Assembly: GCA_963808235.1 (NCBI GenBank) | Contig: CAWEEQ010000004.1 | Span: 3,744,001-3,808,000 of the forward strand | Direction of reading: 5' to 3' | Length of the DNA stretch: 64,000 nucleotides | Source of the DNA: an uncultured delta proteobacterium | GTDB lineage: Bacteria; Desulfobacterota; Binatia; Binatales; Binataceae | Part shown: positions 37,557 to 49,649 of the stretch, piece by piece | Layout: the number at the start of each line of letters is the position of its first letter | How positions within the stretch are numbered: the first letter of the stretch is position 1 | The notes under the pieces: model-generated | What the model saw: only the letters and a program-made list of their open reading frames with translations | Database searches by the model: none | What the model was told of the DNA's origin: nothing | Made by a program: the position numbers and the translations under genes

Positions 37557-38135
37557 ATGAAGAAGTGGATGATATCAGCGACGATTTTGATCGCCGCGCT
37601 ATTTCCCCAAATTGCGAGCGCCGCGGCCGAAGCGCCCGAGGAACGCGGCTCGTGGCTGCTGCTGTTCTTCTTCGTCGTCAATTTCCTCCTGTTCGGATGG
37701 GTGCTGGTACATTTCGCGGTTCCGCTCGCGCGAAAATTCTTCGCCGATCGCGCCACCATGATTCGTTCGGGTTTGTCGCGCGCGCAAGACGCGTTTGCGC
37801 AAGCGCAGGACATGGCCAACAAGGCCGCGGCGCGGATGGCTTCTCTCGAAGCGGAGCTCAGAAAAACGGCGGCTGAAATCGAAGAAGAAACCGCGTTCCA
37901 GGTCGCCAAAGTCGGCGAACTCGCAAAATCCACCGGCGACAGAATCCGTCGCGATGCTGTCGTCAGCACCTCGGCCTTGTCCGAGGCGGCGCGCCGCCGC
38001 GTTCGCGCACGCCTGGCAGAGTCCGCCGCGACCCTCGCCCGCGATCTGATCGGGCGCGATTTCCAGGACAATGACCAGGGCCGCCTGATTGAAGGCTTCA
38101 TGGATCAAATCGGCAACGGCGGTGCTCGCCGATGA
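37557..38135 (+). CDS. atpF: F0F1 ATP synthase subunit b
   Basis: VNFLLF TM, coiled coil, DQGRLI end; precedes atpH. Confidence 0.8.
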   Translation: MKKWMISATILIAALFPQIASAAAEAPEERGSWLLLFFFVVNFLLFGWVLVHFAVPLARKFFADRATMIRSGLSRAQDAFAQAQDMANKAAARMASLEAELRKTAAEIEEETAFQVAKVGELAKSTGDRIRRDAVVSTSALSEAARRRVRARLAESAATLARDLIGRDFQDNDQGRLIEGFMDQIGNGGARR

Positions 38136-38665
38136 AAGGTTCGCGAGTCGCAAGGCGTTATGCGCGCGCACTGCTCGATCTTGCAGAGAAGGGCAATGAG
38201 GAGAAGTGGGGCGCCGAGCTCGAGCGGCTGGCCGCGATGGTCGAGTCGCCGGAGCTTATCGTGCGCCTGACCTCGCCCGAAATCTCGGAGCAGGCGCGGC
38301 AGACTGCGATGACCAAAATTGCGGAACGCCTGGGCCTGAGTGTTCAGCTCCAATCGTTCGCCGCGGTGGTCGCGCGCCACGGGCGGATTCGTGACCTCGG
38401 CGCGATCGCCGAGTCGTATCGTGACTTGCTCGACAAAAGTATGAACCGCGAGCGCGCGACGCTTACCTTTGCGATTCAACCGTTGGACGCGGAAGTGGCG
38501 CGCTTGGTTGGCAGCCTCGAACGAATCGCGGCGAAGAAAATAATTCCAACTGTGAAAATCGATCCGGCCCTGCTCGGCGGCGTCACGGCGGAACTGGGTG
38601 GAAAAACTTACGACGGCAGCCTTGCAACCCGCCTCGCCGAGGCAAAGCAGAGGCTTGCGAGCTAG
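38132..38665 (+). CDS. atpH: ATP synthase delta subunit
   Basis: VARRYARAL, IDPALLGGV..YDGSLATRL. Confidence 0.92.
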   Translation: MKGSRVARRYARALLDLAEKGNEEKWGAELERLAAMVESPELIVRLTSPEISEQARQTAMTKIAERLGLSVQLQSFAAVVARHGRIRDLGAIAESYRDLLDKSMNRERATLTFAIQPLDAEVARLVGSLERIAAKKIIPTVKIDPALLGGVTAELGGKTYDGSLATRLAEAKQRLAS

Positions 38666-38689
38666 CCGAAGGTATCGACGACAAAAACT

Positions 38690-40231
38690 ATGGCGGAAAT
38701 CAGACCATCGGAAATCAGCGAGATCCTCAAAAACGAGATCAAAGGCTTTGAGGGTAGCGTCTCCATACGCGAGACCGGCCGCGTGCTCTCATGCGGCGAC
38801 GGTATCGCGCGAATCTACGGATTGCAGAACGCCGCGATGAGCGAGCTGCTCGAGTTTCCGCATCAGATCTACGGAATCGTGATGAACCTCGAGGAGGATA
38901 ACGTCGGCGCGGCGTTGTTCGGCGATCCGCAGGCGATCCAGGAAGGCGACGAGGTCAAGCGCACCGGCAAAATCGCCGAAGTCCCGGTTGGCGAAGGTCT
39001 GCTCGGCCGGGTCGTCAACGCGCTCGGTCAGCCTATAGATGATAAGGGGCCCATCAGATCGACCGAGACACGGCGAATCGAAATCAAGGCGCCCGGGATC
39101 ATCCGCCGCCAGCCCGTCAAAGAGCCGCTGCAAACCGGAATCAAGGCGATCGACACGATGCTTGTGATCGGGCGGGGGCAGCGCGAACTGATCATCGGCG
39201 ATCGGCAGACCGGCAAGACCGCAATTGCAATCGATACGATCATCAATCAACGCGGTCAGAACATGCATTGCATCTACGTCGCGATCGGGCAGAAGCGCTC
39301 AACCGTGGCGCAGGTTGTCGAACGGCTGACCAGCGCCGGCGCGATGGAGTTTACCACCGTGGTTGCGGCGACCGCGTCGGAAGCGGCGCCGCTCCAGTTC
39401 ATCGCGCCGTACAGCGGATGCACGATGGGCGAGTATTTCCGCGACAACGGCAAGAACGCGCTGCTGGTTTACGACGATCTGAGCAAGCATGCGCAGGCCT
39501 ATCGCCAGTTGTCGCTGCTGCTGCGCCGTCCGCCCGGACGCGAGGCGTATCCCGGCGACGTTTTTTATCTGCACTCGCGACTGCTCGAGCGCGCCGCCAA
39601 AATGTCCGACGAGATGGGCGGCGGCTCGCTGACCGCGCTGCCGGTAATCGAGACCCAGGAAGGCGACGTGTCGGCCTACATCCCGACCAACGTCATTTCG
39701 ATCACCGACGGCCAGATAATTCTCGACAAGGACCTATTCAACTCCAACGTGCGTCCCGCGGTGAACGTGGGCCTCTCAGTATCGCGAGTTGGATTCTCGG
39801 CCGCGGTCAAAGCGATCAAGCAGGTTGCTGGCACCCTCAAGCTCGACCTGGCGCAGTTTCGCGAGATGGCGGCGTTTGCGCAGTTTGGCTCGGATCTCGA
39901 CGCGTCGTCGCAGCGACTCCTCGATCGCGGCGCGCGGCTGACCGAGATGCTCAAACAAAATCAGTACAGTCCGCTGCCGATGGAAAAAGAGGTGCTGATC
40001 ATTTTCGCGGCGCGAGAAGGCTACTTCGACAAGCTCTCGGTCGAACAGATTCGCCCGTTCGAGGCGGGGCTCTACACGCTGTTCGATGCGCGTCACGCCG
40101 ACCTACTCGCCGAGATCAAGGAGAAGCGCGAGATTTCCGACGACCTCAACAAGCGGCTCAAAGCCGGCCTCGACGCGTACGAGAAATCTTTCCTCGCCGA
40201 AAATACCAAGCCGGCATCCACTGCCGCCTGA
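38690..40231 (+). CDS. atpA: ATP synthase alpha subunit
   Basis: [29 protein letters not shown]. Confidence 0.99.
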   Translation: MAEIRPSEISEILKNEIKGFEGSVSIRETGRVLSCGDGIARIYGLQNAAMSELLEFPHQIYGIVMNLEEDNVGAALFGDPQAIQEGDEVKRTGKIAEVPVGEGLLGRVVNALGQPIDDKGPIRSTETRRIEIKAPGIIRRQPVKEPLQTGIKAIDTMLVIGRGQRELIIGDRQTGKTAIAIDTIINQRGQNMHCIYVAIGQKRSTVAQVVERLTSAGAMEFTTVVAATASEAAPLQFIAPYSGCTMGEYFRDNGKNALLVYDDLSKHAQAYRQLSLLLRRPPGREAYPGDVFYLHSRLLERAAKMSDEMGGGSLTALPVIETQEGDVSAYIPTNVISITDGQIILDKDLFNSNVRPAVNVGLSVSRVGFSAAVKAIKQVAGTLKLDLAQFREMAAFAQFGSDLDASSQRLLDRGARLTEMLKQNQYSPLPMEKEVLIIFAAREGYFDKLSVEQIRPFEAGLYTLFDARHADLLAEIKEKREISDDLNKRLKAGLDAYEKSFLAENTKPASTAA

Positions 40232-40250
40232 GCTAAGGTAACGCTCGACG

Positions 40251-42621
<2,371 letters not shown>

Positions 42622-42636
42622 CTCGGGAAATCGCGA

Positions 42637-43059
42637 ATGGCCGCGACTTTCAAATTTCGACTGATAACCCCGACCGGTATCGTCTTCGAGGACTCGGTCG
42701 AAGAAGTCTCCGCCATCGGCCCGCTCGGCGAGTTCGGCGTGCTGCCGGATCACATCAACTTCATCACCTCGCTGGTCCCCGGAGTCCTTGAGGCGCGGAT
42801 TGCCGAGGGTCGCACGATGCATTGGGTAGTGTCGGGCGGTCTGGCGGAAGTGAAGGACGGTGTCCTGACAGTGCTCGCTAGCGGCGCCGAAAAACCGGAG
42901 ACTATCGACGCGGCAAGCGCCGCCGCGGAGGTGCAGGCGGCCGACAGCAAGTTCTCGACTTTGAGCTTCTACGACCCGGCCTACGCGCCCGCGCAGGAAG
43001 CCCTGTTGCTCGCGCGCGCTCGCGTCGAAGCCGCCGGATTGAAGGCAGCGTCGCGCTAG
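42637..43059 (+). CDS. atpC: ATP synthase epsilon subunit
   Basis: LITPTG, GEFGVLPDH, VSGGLAEV. Confidence 0.95.
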   Translation: MAATFKFRLITPTGIVFEDSVEEVSAIGPLGEFGVLPDHINFITSLVPGVLEARIAEGRTMHWVVSGGLAEVKDGVLTVLASGAEKPETIDAASAAAEVQAADSKFSTLSFYDPAYAPAQEALLLARARVEAAGLKAASR

Positions 43060-43098
43060 TTTTCGTTTTTTGTTCTCCCCACTGACCGATATTTGTGA

Positions 43099-43114
43099 TG
43101 TTTCACGTGAAACA
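43099..43114. other. parS: parS centromere-like site
   Basis: Perfect consensus palindrome TGTTTCACGTGAAACA (extends to 18 bp) in an AT-rich intergenic spacer. Confidence 0.9.
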
Positions 43115-43191
43115 TTTTTGACGAAAATCCCAACAAGTAAGCGGTGTTTAGATCAATTAGATCGTCAATTTGACGCCATTTGTCGCGCACC

Positions 43192-44322
43192 ATGAAGCAC
43201 TCGACTCAAGTGCAGCTCATCCATGAGATCTTCGACGCCATTGATCGCGGCACGCCGCCGATGGCCCAGAAGTTCACTCGCAACGACACCTCCGCGTACA
43301 CATCGCCGGAGCGCGTGGCTCGCGAGCGCGAGGTGCTCTTCCGGCATCATCCGATCGTCGTCGGCTTCAGCTCGCAGATTCCAAATCCCGGTGACTACCT
43401 GACCGAGGATCTCGCGCCGGTTCCGATCCTGGTGGTGCGCAACGGGTCGGGCGAGCTGCGCGCGTTCGTTAATATCTGCCGCCATCGCGGCGCCAAGCTG
43501 GTCGCTGGATGCGGCGCCGACGCGCGCCGATTTTCATGTCCGTATCACGCGTGGACTTACGACACGGACGGGCACCTGGTCGCGATTCCCGATGAGTACG
43601 GTTTCGAAGGCCTCGATCGCGCGGCGAGTGGACTGGTCGCACTGCCGGCCGCCGAAAAGTACGGCCTCATCTTTGTGACGCCTGCGCCGGGCGACGCGAT
43701 TGATATCGACGCGACGCTCGGTGGACTCGCCGAAGATATCGAATCGTACCGGATCGGATCGTTCACGCATCAGGAGACGCGGATCGTGCGCCGACGGATG
43801 AATTGGAAGCTGGTCAGCGACACCTTCTGGGAGGCGTACCATATCAAGGTGCTGCACGCGGGGAATGTCGGGCCGCTGTTCGTGAAAAATCTCGCGATGT
43901 TCGACGCGTTCGGCCGCAACCATCGCTACGTCGGCGTGCGCAAGTCAATCGAGAAGCTGCGTGATCTTCCGGAAGAAAAGTGGGACCTGATTCCGCACGC
44001 GACGTTGCTGATGAATCTGTTTCCGAACACGATCCTGGTGATGCAATCCGATCACGCCGAGGTCTATCGCATTTTTCCAGCTGGCCCGCACTCCGCCGGT
44101 GAGAGTGTCACCGCGATAAGTATCCTCGCGCCCGAGTCGTCGCCGAAATGGACGCGCGCGATGGACCTGCTCCTCGGCGTCGTCGAGCAGGATTTCGCCG
44201 TGGGCGAAGGGATTCAGCACGGATTCGAATCCGGCGCGATCCGAAAAGTGATGTACGGCCGTTACGAAAACGCGCTCGAACATTTCCATCGCTCGATCCG
44301 CGAAGCCCTCGGCGAGTCCTGA
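43192..44322 (+). CDS. Rieske aromatic ring-hydroxylating oxygenase alpha subunit
   Basis: CRHRG..CPYHAW Rieske motif; NWK..EAYH....H mononuclear Fe site; EQD. Confidence 0.9.
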   Translation: MKHSTQVQLIHEIFDAIDRGTPPMAQKFTRNDTSAYTSPERVAREREVLFRHHPIVVGFSSQIPNPGDYLTEDLAPVPILVVRNGSGELRAFVNICRHRGAKLVAGCGADARRFSCPYHAWTYDTDGHLVAIPDEYGFEGLDRAASGLVALPAAEKYGLIFVTPAPGDAIDIDATLGGLAEDIESYRIGSFTHQETRIVRRRMNWKLVSDTFWEAYHIKVLHAGNVGPLFVKNLAMFDAFGRNHRYVGVRKSIEKLRDLPEEKWDLIPHATLLMNLFPNTILVMQSDHAEVYRIFPAGPHSAGESVTAISILAPESSPKWTRAMDLLLGVVEQDFAVGEGIQHGFESGAIRKVMYGRYENALEHFHRSIREALGES

Positions 44323-44333
44323 ATCGAGATCGG

Positions 44334-45614
44334 CTACGATTTGCTGAGGCTGGACAGGCGCGCGAAGAAATCCGGAAATGTTTTCGCGACGCATCCTGGC
44401 TGCTTGATCTTGATGCCCGCGAGCTTCAAGCCGAGCACGGCGAAGCTCATCGCGATTCGGTGATCGTCGTAAGTCTCGATTGGCGCCGGGCGCATCGTTG
44501 AGGGCCGAATCTCGAGGCCGTCTTCGGTTTCGCTGACGTCCGCGCCGATCCGTCTGAGCTCAGTTGCGAGAACGCGGATACGATCACTTTCGTGATGACG
44601 GATAAAAGCGACGTTGCGGATTCTGGTCGGGGACGACGCGAACGGAGCGAGTGCGGCCAGCGTCGACACCATGTCCGGCATCGCATTCATCGCGACGTCC
44701 ACGCCGGCGAGCTGCCCGGTGCCGACAACTTCAACGCAATCAGGATGCCAGTTTACGCGCGCGCCCATCCGCTGCAGCACGCCGAGAAATCCGACGTCGC
44801 CCTGCACCGAGTTGGGCGTGAGCCCCTCGATTTTGACCGTCCCGCCCACCAGCGCTGCCGCCGCGGCGAAGTAGCTCGCACTCGACGCATCAGGTTCGAC
44901 CGCGAAGCGCTGCGCGCGATACCACTGCCCGCCGGGCACCACGATCTGATCTCCCTCGATCGAGTTGTGCGCGCCCCACGCTTCCATCAGGCGCAGTGTC
45001 ATGTCGATGAACGGGCGTGCTGCGTCGCCGATCACGCGAAGCTTGAGCCCGGCTTTCCAGATTGGCGCCGGCATGAGCATCGCGGATACGAACTGCGACG
45101 ATACACGCGCGTCGATCGAGGTCTCCCCGCCTTCGAAGCGCGCGCGCGATGCATCGACGATCACCGGGGGGCAGTTGTTGTTGCGTTCGCTATAGACGCT
45201 TGCGCCGAGACGCTGCATCGCATCGAGCTGGGGGCCCATCGGCCGCTGACGCATCCGCTGATTACCATCGATGCGGAAGCGACCCTCGCCGAGCGTGACC
45301 ATCGCGACTATGAATCGCATCACGGTGCCGGCGCCGCCGACAAAGATTTCGCCGCCATGGGCCGGGATGACGCCGCCGCGTCCGCCGACCGTTATGCGGC
45401 TCGCGATCTCATCAACCTCGACGATAAACCCCATCACCCGGAGCGCGTCGGTCATGTAGCGCGTGTCGTCGCTCAGCAGCACCGAATCGATCACCGAGCG
45501 GCCCTGCGCCATCGCCGCCAGGACCATCGCGCGATTCGTGATGCTCTTGGAGCCCGGTACGGCGATCCGGGCGTCGAGAGGCCCGGATACGGGGGTGATT
45601 TCGATTTCGTCCAC
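44334..45614 (-). CDS. aroA: 3-phosphoshikimate 1-carboxyvinyltransferase (EPSP synthase)
   Basis: PGSKSITNR, AGTVMR, SSQFVS, HESDRI, DHRIAMSF, VAKTFP. Confidence 0.96.
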   Translation of the reverse strand: MDEIEITPVSGPLDARIAVPGSKSITNRAMVLAAMAQGRSVIDSVLLSDDTRYMTDALRVMGFIVEVDEIASRITVGGRGGVIPAHGGEIFVGGAGTVMRFIVAMVTLGEGRFRIDGNQRMRQRPMGPQLDAMQRLGASVYSERNNNCPPVIVDASRARFEGGETSIDARVSSQFVSAMLMPAPIWKAGLKLRVIGDAARPFIDMTLRLMEAWGAHNSIEGDQIVVPGGQWYRAQRFAVEPDASSASYFAAAAALVGGTVKIEGLTPNSVQGDVGFLGVLQRMGARVNWHPDCVEVVGTGQLAGVDVAMNAMPDMVSTLAALAPFASSPTRIRNVAFIRHHESDRIRVLATELRRIGADVSETEDGLEIRPSTMRPAPIETYDDHRIAMSFAVLGLKLAGIKIKQPGCVAKTFPDFFARLSSLSKS

Positions 45615-45805
45615 AGGAATGAGGCTCTACAGCTTATATAAATACAGATTAACCGCGCCATTTGGAGTGTCACAAGCGCAGGACCGCATCGCTAAGCCGG
45701 ATAAGTCGCCCAAAGGACGGGGGAGCAGGTTATTGCCTCATTTGCGACGCTACGATTAGAGTATCCACGGTAATCCGAAGCAGGCCCACGCCGAGGGGGA
45801 TACTT

Positions 45806-46354
45806 ATGAGCCTCAGAAAGATGTTGCTGCCCGCCGCGATGCTGATCGCCGTAATCGCAATGCTTGCGCCGCGTGCCAGTGCGCAAACGATGGGTGAGTA
45901 CGCGACCACGACCGCGGGAGTGGGAACCGGGGGCGGATCGATGGGCACGAGCATGTCGCCGTCGTCGATGGGTTCAAGTGACAGCGGTGGAAGCTCAGGG
46001 ACTTGGGGAGCCAGCGGACTCGGCAGCGGTTGGGCCGACCGCGCCGGAGCGGCTGCCGGATCAAGCTTGGGATCGGATTTCGAATCACGGGCCGGCGGTC
46101 TGTCGAACGGTAATGCCGGCGAATCACGATGGGCGGGGACCGGGATTTCCAGCCACGGGACAGAGAGCCGACTCGGCGCATCGGGCGGAACCGGCGCATC
46201 GGATCGATTCGGCGCGTCGTCGGGTCGATTTTCGAGCGGAGACCGGTTCACCGCGAACGAGCGTTTCTCCTCGGAGAGCCGCTGGCCAGGGAGTTCATTG
46301 TCATCGAATCAGTCGGGACTGGACACTAAGTTCAATTCGATTAACGGGAACTGA
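45806..46354 (+). CDS. Secreted Gly/Ser-rich low-complexity protein
   Basis: GAGGGG RBS; signal peptide ending ASA-Q; G/S-rich body with recurring R-(F/W). Confidence 0.7.
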   Translation: MSLRKMLLPAAMLIAVIAMLAPRASAQTMGEYATTTAGVGTGGGSMGTSMSPSSMGSSDSGGSSGTWGASGLGSGWADRAGAAAGSSLGSDFESRAGGLSNGNAGESRWAGTGISSHGTESRLGASGGTGASDRFGASSGRFSSGDRFTANERFSSESRWPGSSLSSNQSGLDTKFNSINGN

Positions 46355-46613
46355 CTTTCTCACTGTCCCAAGCGCCGACGGATTGCGACGGTGTGCCGGC
46401 GTAAGCTGAGCAGCGTTCAATGCCCACTCAGCTGGAATTCCCACTGACAAGATTTGCCGTCGGCCGCAACTGACACCTTGTAGCTAGCGCCGGAATGAAG
46501 GCGCGCGCGGGGTCAGCGATCGACCTGTGGGTCGCCGCCCCTTCCATCGCTTACCGTTCAGCTTCCAACTCGCAAAGCGCTTAGACTCTCGTTCCCGATC
46601 ACGTGAGATTGAA

Positions 46614-47720
46614 ATGCGCTTCATATCCGGTCGAGAACTGAATCGTGCCTATTACAGTGAGGCGGTAGCGCCGATTCTTGCGGACGATTTTCCTGAGCTG
46701 CGACATGCCGCGGTGCTGATCGGGCCGGGCTCCGACGTATTGGGTTACGACTCAGAGCGGTCGACCGATCACGGCTGGGGTCCGCGAGTACTCTTGTTTC
46801 TGGCCGAGGGTGACCGACAGTCGATAGCGGGTTCGGTAAGCGAAAGACTGAAAACGCGTCTGCCGGCGAATTTCCGTGGTTTCGATACGAGCTTCGCGAA
46901 TCCGGACGCGAAAGGCGTTCGGTGGATGGAGCACGCTGACCCGGGCCGTGTGGCTCACCTGGTCGAGATTCATTCGGTGCGGGAGTTTGTCCGCGGAATG
47001 CTCGGCATCGATCTCAACACTCCGCTGAGAAACGTTGACTGGATGCTGATGCCGCAGCAGCAGCTGCTTGAAGTGACCAGCGGGGATGTCTATCGCGACG
47101 ACCTTGGCGAACTCACCTGGCTTCGAACAACGCTCGCATGGTACCCACGCGACGTGTGGCTTCTATTGATGGCGGCGCAATGGAAACGAATCGCGCAGGA
47201 AGAACCGTTCGCTGCGCGATGCGGCGAAGCCGGTGACGATCTCGGCTCGCGAATCGTCGCGGCGCGGCTGGTGCGCGACCTGGTTCGCCTGTGCTTTCTC
47301 ATCGAACGCCGCTACGCTCCCTACAGCAAGTGGCTGGGGACCGCGTTTTCGCGTTTGAGTTGCGCGCCACAACTGAATGGGGTGTTGCGCGGGGCGCTGT
47401 CCGCCGATTCGTGGCATGGACGCGAAGATCATCTCTGTGCTGCCTACGAAACGGTCGCCGGCCTGCACAACGCGCTGAACGTCACGCCCAAGTTGGACGT
47501 GAAGGTTCGCAATTTCCACGATCGTCCGTACCGGGTACTCGATGCGGAACGCTTTTCCTCGGCGCTCATCGAGTCGATAGAAGATCCAAAGCTTCGGCAG
47601 ATCTGCTCGACAACCGGACTGGTTGGCGCGGTCGATCAGTTCGCCGACAACACGGACCTGCTTGATAGACCCGACCTGTGCGCGCGACTGGCCGCGCTGT
47701 TCACTGAGCCTCGAAAATAG
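46614..47720 (+). CDS. DUF4037-domain protein
   Basis: GPGSDVLGYD..STDHGWGPR, WYPRDVW, RYAPYSKWLG. Confidence 0.8.
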   Translation: MRFISGRELNRAYYSEAVAPILADDFPELRHAAVLIGPGSDVLGYDSERSTDHGWGPRVLLFLAEGDRQSIAGSVSERLKTRLPANFRGFDTSFANPDAKGVRWMEHADPGRVAHLVEIHSVREFVRGMLGIDLNTPLRNVDWMLMPQQQLLEVTSGDVYRDDLGELTWLRTTLAWYPRDVWLLLMAAQWKRIAQEEPFAARCGEAGDDLGSRIVAARLVRDLVRLCFLIERRYAPYSKWLGTAFSRLSCAPQLNGVLRGALSADSWHGREDHLCAAYETVAGLHNALNVTPKLDVKVRNFHDRPYRVLDAERFSSALIESIEDPKLRQICSTTGLVGAVDQFADNTDLLDRPDLCARLAALFTEPRK

Positions 47721-47748
47721 CGACCTGGGTGCGTTGCCAGCGTATCGC

Positions 47749-48555
47749 CTAAAACAGTGCGCCGATAAAGTGCTCTAGCTCCAGGTTGAACTTGGTGATC
47801 ACGCGGTCGGAGCCGCGGGTCAGGCCGATGCCGGGGCCGAAGTTGTATTCGATTCCGCCCGGCAACTCGCCTTTCAGCACCGGAAAGATATAGTGCTGCT
47901 GCTGGTGCAGAGGATCGTTGTCTTCGATCAGGCCGAGCGCGCCGTAGAACTCGAGGCCCGGCGAAATCGATCGCAGGTAGTCGTAATAGATGCCGGCGGC
48001 GTAGCCGAACTCGAATCCCTTGTTCTTGTTGGGCCCGACGAAGACCGCTTTTTCGAAAATCGGATTGAGTGCGATTTCGAACCGCCTGAAATCTTTCTCG
48101 ATGATCGGTTTCAGCTCAAGCTCGAGCTGGTTGTCGTCGAATTGCGGTGTGCGATGCCATTCCATCTCGGCGTACCAGCCGAAATCGACGGGCAATTCGC
48201 CCTGCTCGAACAGGCTGCCGCGCAAGCGAAACTTTGAACCCGCGTATTGAAACGAATTCGCATTCGGACGCGCGAGATTCAGATACGCGGCGCACTCGAT
48301 GTGGTCCGTGAGTCCGTAAGTTAGTTCGAACGCCGGGCGATACATTGCCTGGCTCGGGAAACTTCCCGCCGACGTGCCCGCGTCGCCGTGATTATGGCCG
48401 CTCGGCACGAAGCTGTTGAGAGATTCGAGTTCCACCATGCCCTTGCCTTCAGTCTGATATGGGTACACCTCGAACTCGAAGGGATCGACTTGCGCGGAGG
48501 CGTCGGCGGCGATCAGCAACAGCGTCGCGACGAGAAAAATCGCGCGCACGTTCAC
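47749..48555 (-). CDS. Putative outer-membrane beta-barrel protein
   Basis: Signal peptide; FEFEVYPY, ELTYGLTD, amphipathic strands, C-terminal Phe. Confidence 0.6.
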   Translation of the reverse strand: MNVRAIFLVATLLLIAADASAQVDPFEFEVYPYQTEGKGMVELESLNSFVPSGHNHGDAGTSAGSFPSQAMYRPAFELTYGLTDHIECAAYLNLARPNANSFQYAGSKFRLRGSLFEQGELPVDFGWYAEMEWHRTPQFDDNQLELELKPIIEKDFRRFEIALNPIFEKAVFVGPNKNKGFEFGYAAGIYYDYLRSISPGLEFYGALGLIEDNDPLHQQQHYIFPVLKGELPGGIEYNFGPGIGLTRGSDRVITKFNLELEHFIGALF

Positions 48556-49025
48556 GGCATACTCCGCTCGCCAGACGCCGGCTGTTGCGAGGGTTTTTCA
48601 GCCGCGATCCATCGCGTGATTGCGGCGCGCTCGACGGAGGTCAGACGCGCGCCAGGATGCATCGCGCGGTAGTACCATGGAGGCATCGCGTCCGTTGCAA
48701 TCAGACGCGCTACTTCATCGAGCTTTTGATCCTCGGTACCCGGGTCAGAGGTGTAGTCGGTCCAGGCGGAGAAGTTCAGGCGGCGCCGTCCTTCTTCGAC
48801 CTCATAATGAATCCACCATGAGACCGGCGCCACGCCGCTGTACCACGGCCATCGGGTTTCATTCGAATGGCAATCGTAACAGGAGCGGCGAAGCGCATCT
48901 TTGACGGCGGGCGGCGCCGACAAGTCGCCATGCGCGGCCGGATTTGAACGATCGAAGCGCACGAATTGCGCAGCCAGCAGTGCGAACGCGGATGACCAAA
49001 GGGTCGCTCGCAACGCGCGACCCAT
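48552..49025 (-). CDS. Haem-binding-domain monoheme c-type cytochrome
   Basis: SCYDCHSN.T.WPWYS.VAPVSW, LNFS.W, MPP..Y..MH. Confidence 0.85.
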   Translation of the reverse strand: MGRALRATLWSSAFALLAAQFVRFDRSNPAAHGDLSAPPAVKDALRRSCYDCHSNETRWPWYSGVAPVSWWIHYEVEEGRRRLNFSAWTDYTSDPGTEDQKLDEVARLIATDAMPPWYYRAMHPGARLTSVERAAITRWIAAEKPSQQPASGERSMP

Positions 49026-49032
49026 CCGAGCA

Positions 49033-49389
49033 TCAGTGCGAAAGAATCTCGCCGGTGGTGGCGCCGTGGCTGAAATCGTCGAAGAACGGATAGGTCCCGG
49101 GCGCGAGTGCCGGGATGTACACCGTAATGGTCTGGCCGGGTTGAACGACGCGCTCGCGATGCAGCTGGAAGCTTTCGAATTCCACCGCCGTATCGCCCGC
49201 GTTGGTGACCTGCAGTTTGACCGGCGTATTGGCAGGCAGGGTCAGACGCGCCGGCTCAACGGTGCCATGACTGAATCGCAGTTGCGAAGAATCGTCTGCG
49301 GCGCGCGCCGGCGCCGAAGATATAGTGAGCATTGCAAGGCACACGAACATGACGGTCATGGTTTTGGCGATCGAGGTATACGAGAACAT
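49033..49389 (-). CDS. Cupredoxin-domain protein (EfeO/FtrB-like)
   Basis: AAGGAG RBS; signal peptide; EFES.QL.RERVV.PG, L.PGTYPFFDDF. Confidence 0.8.
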   Translation of the reverse strand: MFSYTSIAKTMTVMFVCLAMLTISSAPARAADDSSQLRFSHGTVEPARLTLPANTPVKLQVTNAGDTAVEFESFQLHRERVVQPGQTITVYIPALAPGTYPFFDDFSHGATTGEILSH

Positions 49390-49412
49390 CAGTCTGGCGG
49401 CAGCTCCTTGAG

Positions 49413-49431
49413 ATTGAGAATGATTCTCAAT
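49413..49431. promoter_or_regulatory. Fur-box-like operator
   Basis: Perfect 9-1-9 palindrome ATTGAGAAT-G-ATTCTCAAT between a minus-strand TTGACA (49451-49456) and the cupredoxin RBS. Confidence 0.8.
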
Positions 49432-49649
49432 TACATAATGGTGCCGTCTCTGTCAAGCGGGCCTGGATGCTGACGACCCTCGCGACGGCGTCATGAGCGA
49501 GATATTCCTAAATGGCTTTACGCAGTATCTAGATGCCGTTTGCGCGACTCTCGCCCATCACCACACGATTTTCTTGACTACTCGACGCGGGGGGAATAGT
49601 TGATACACAGGCGTGTTTCCAATCGCTAGCCAGCTTCGACGGCCGGCTA

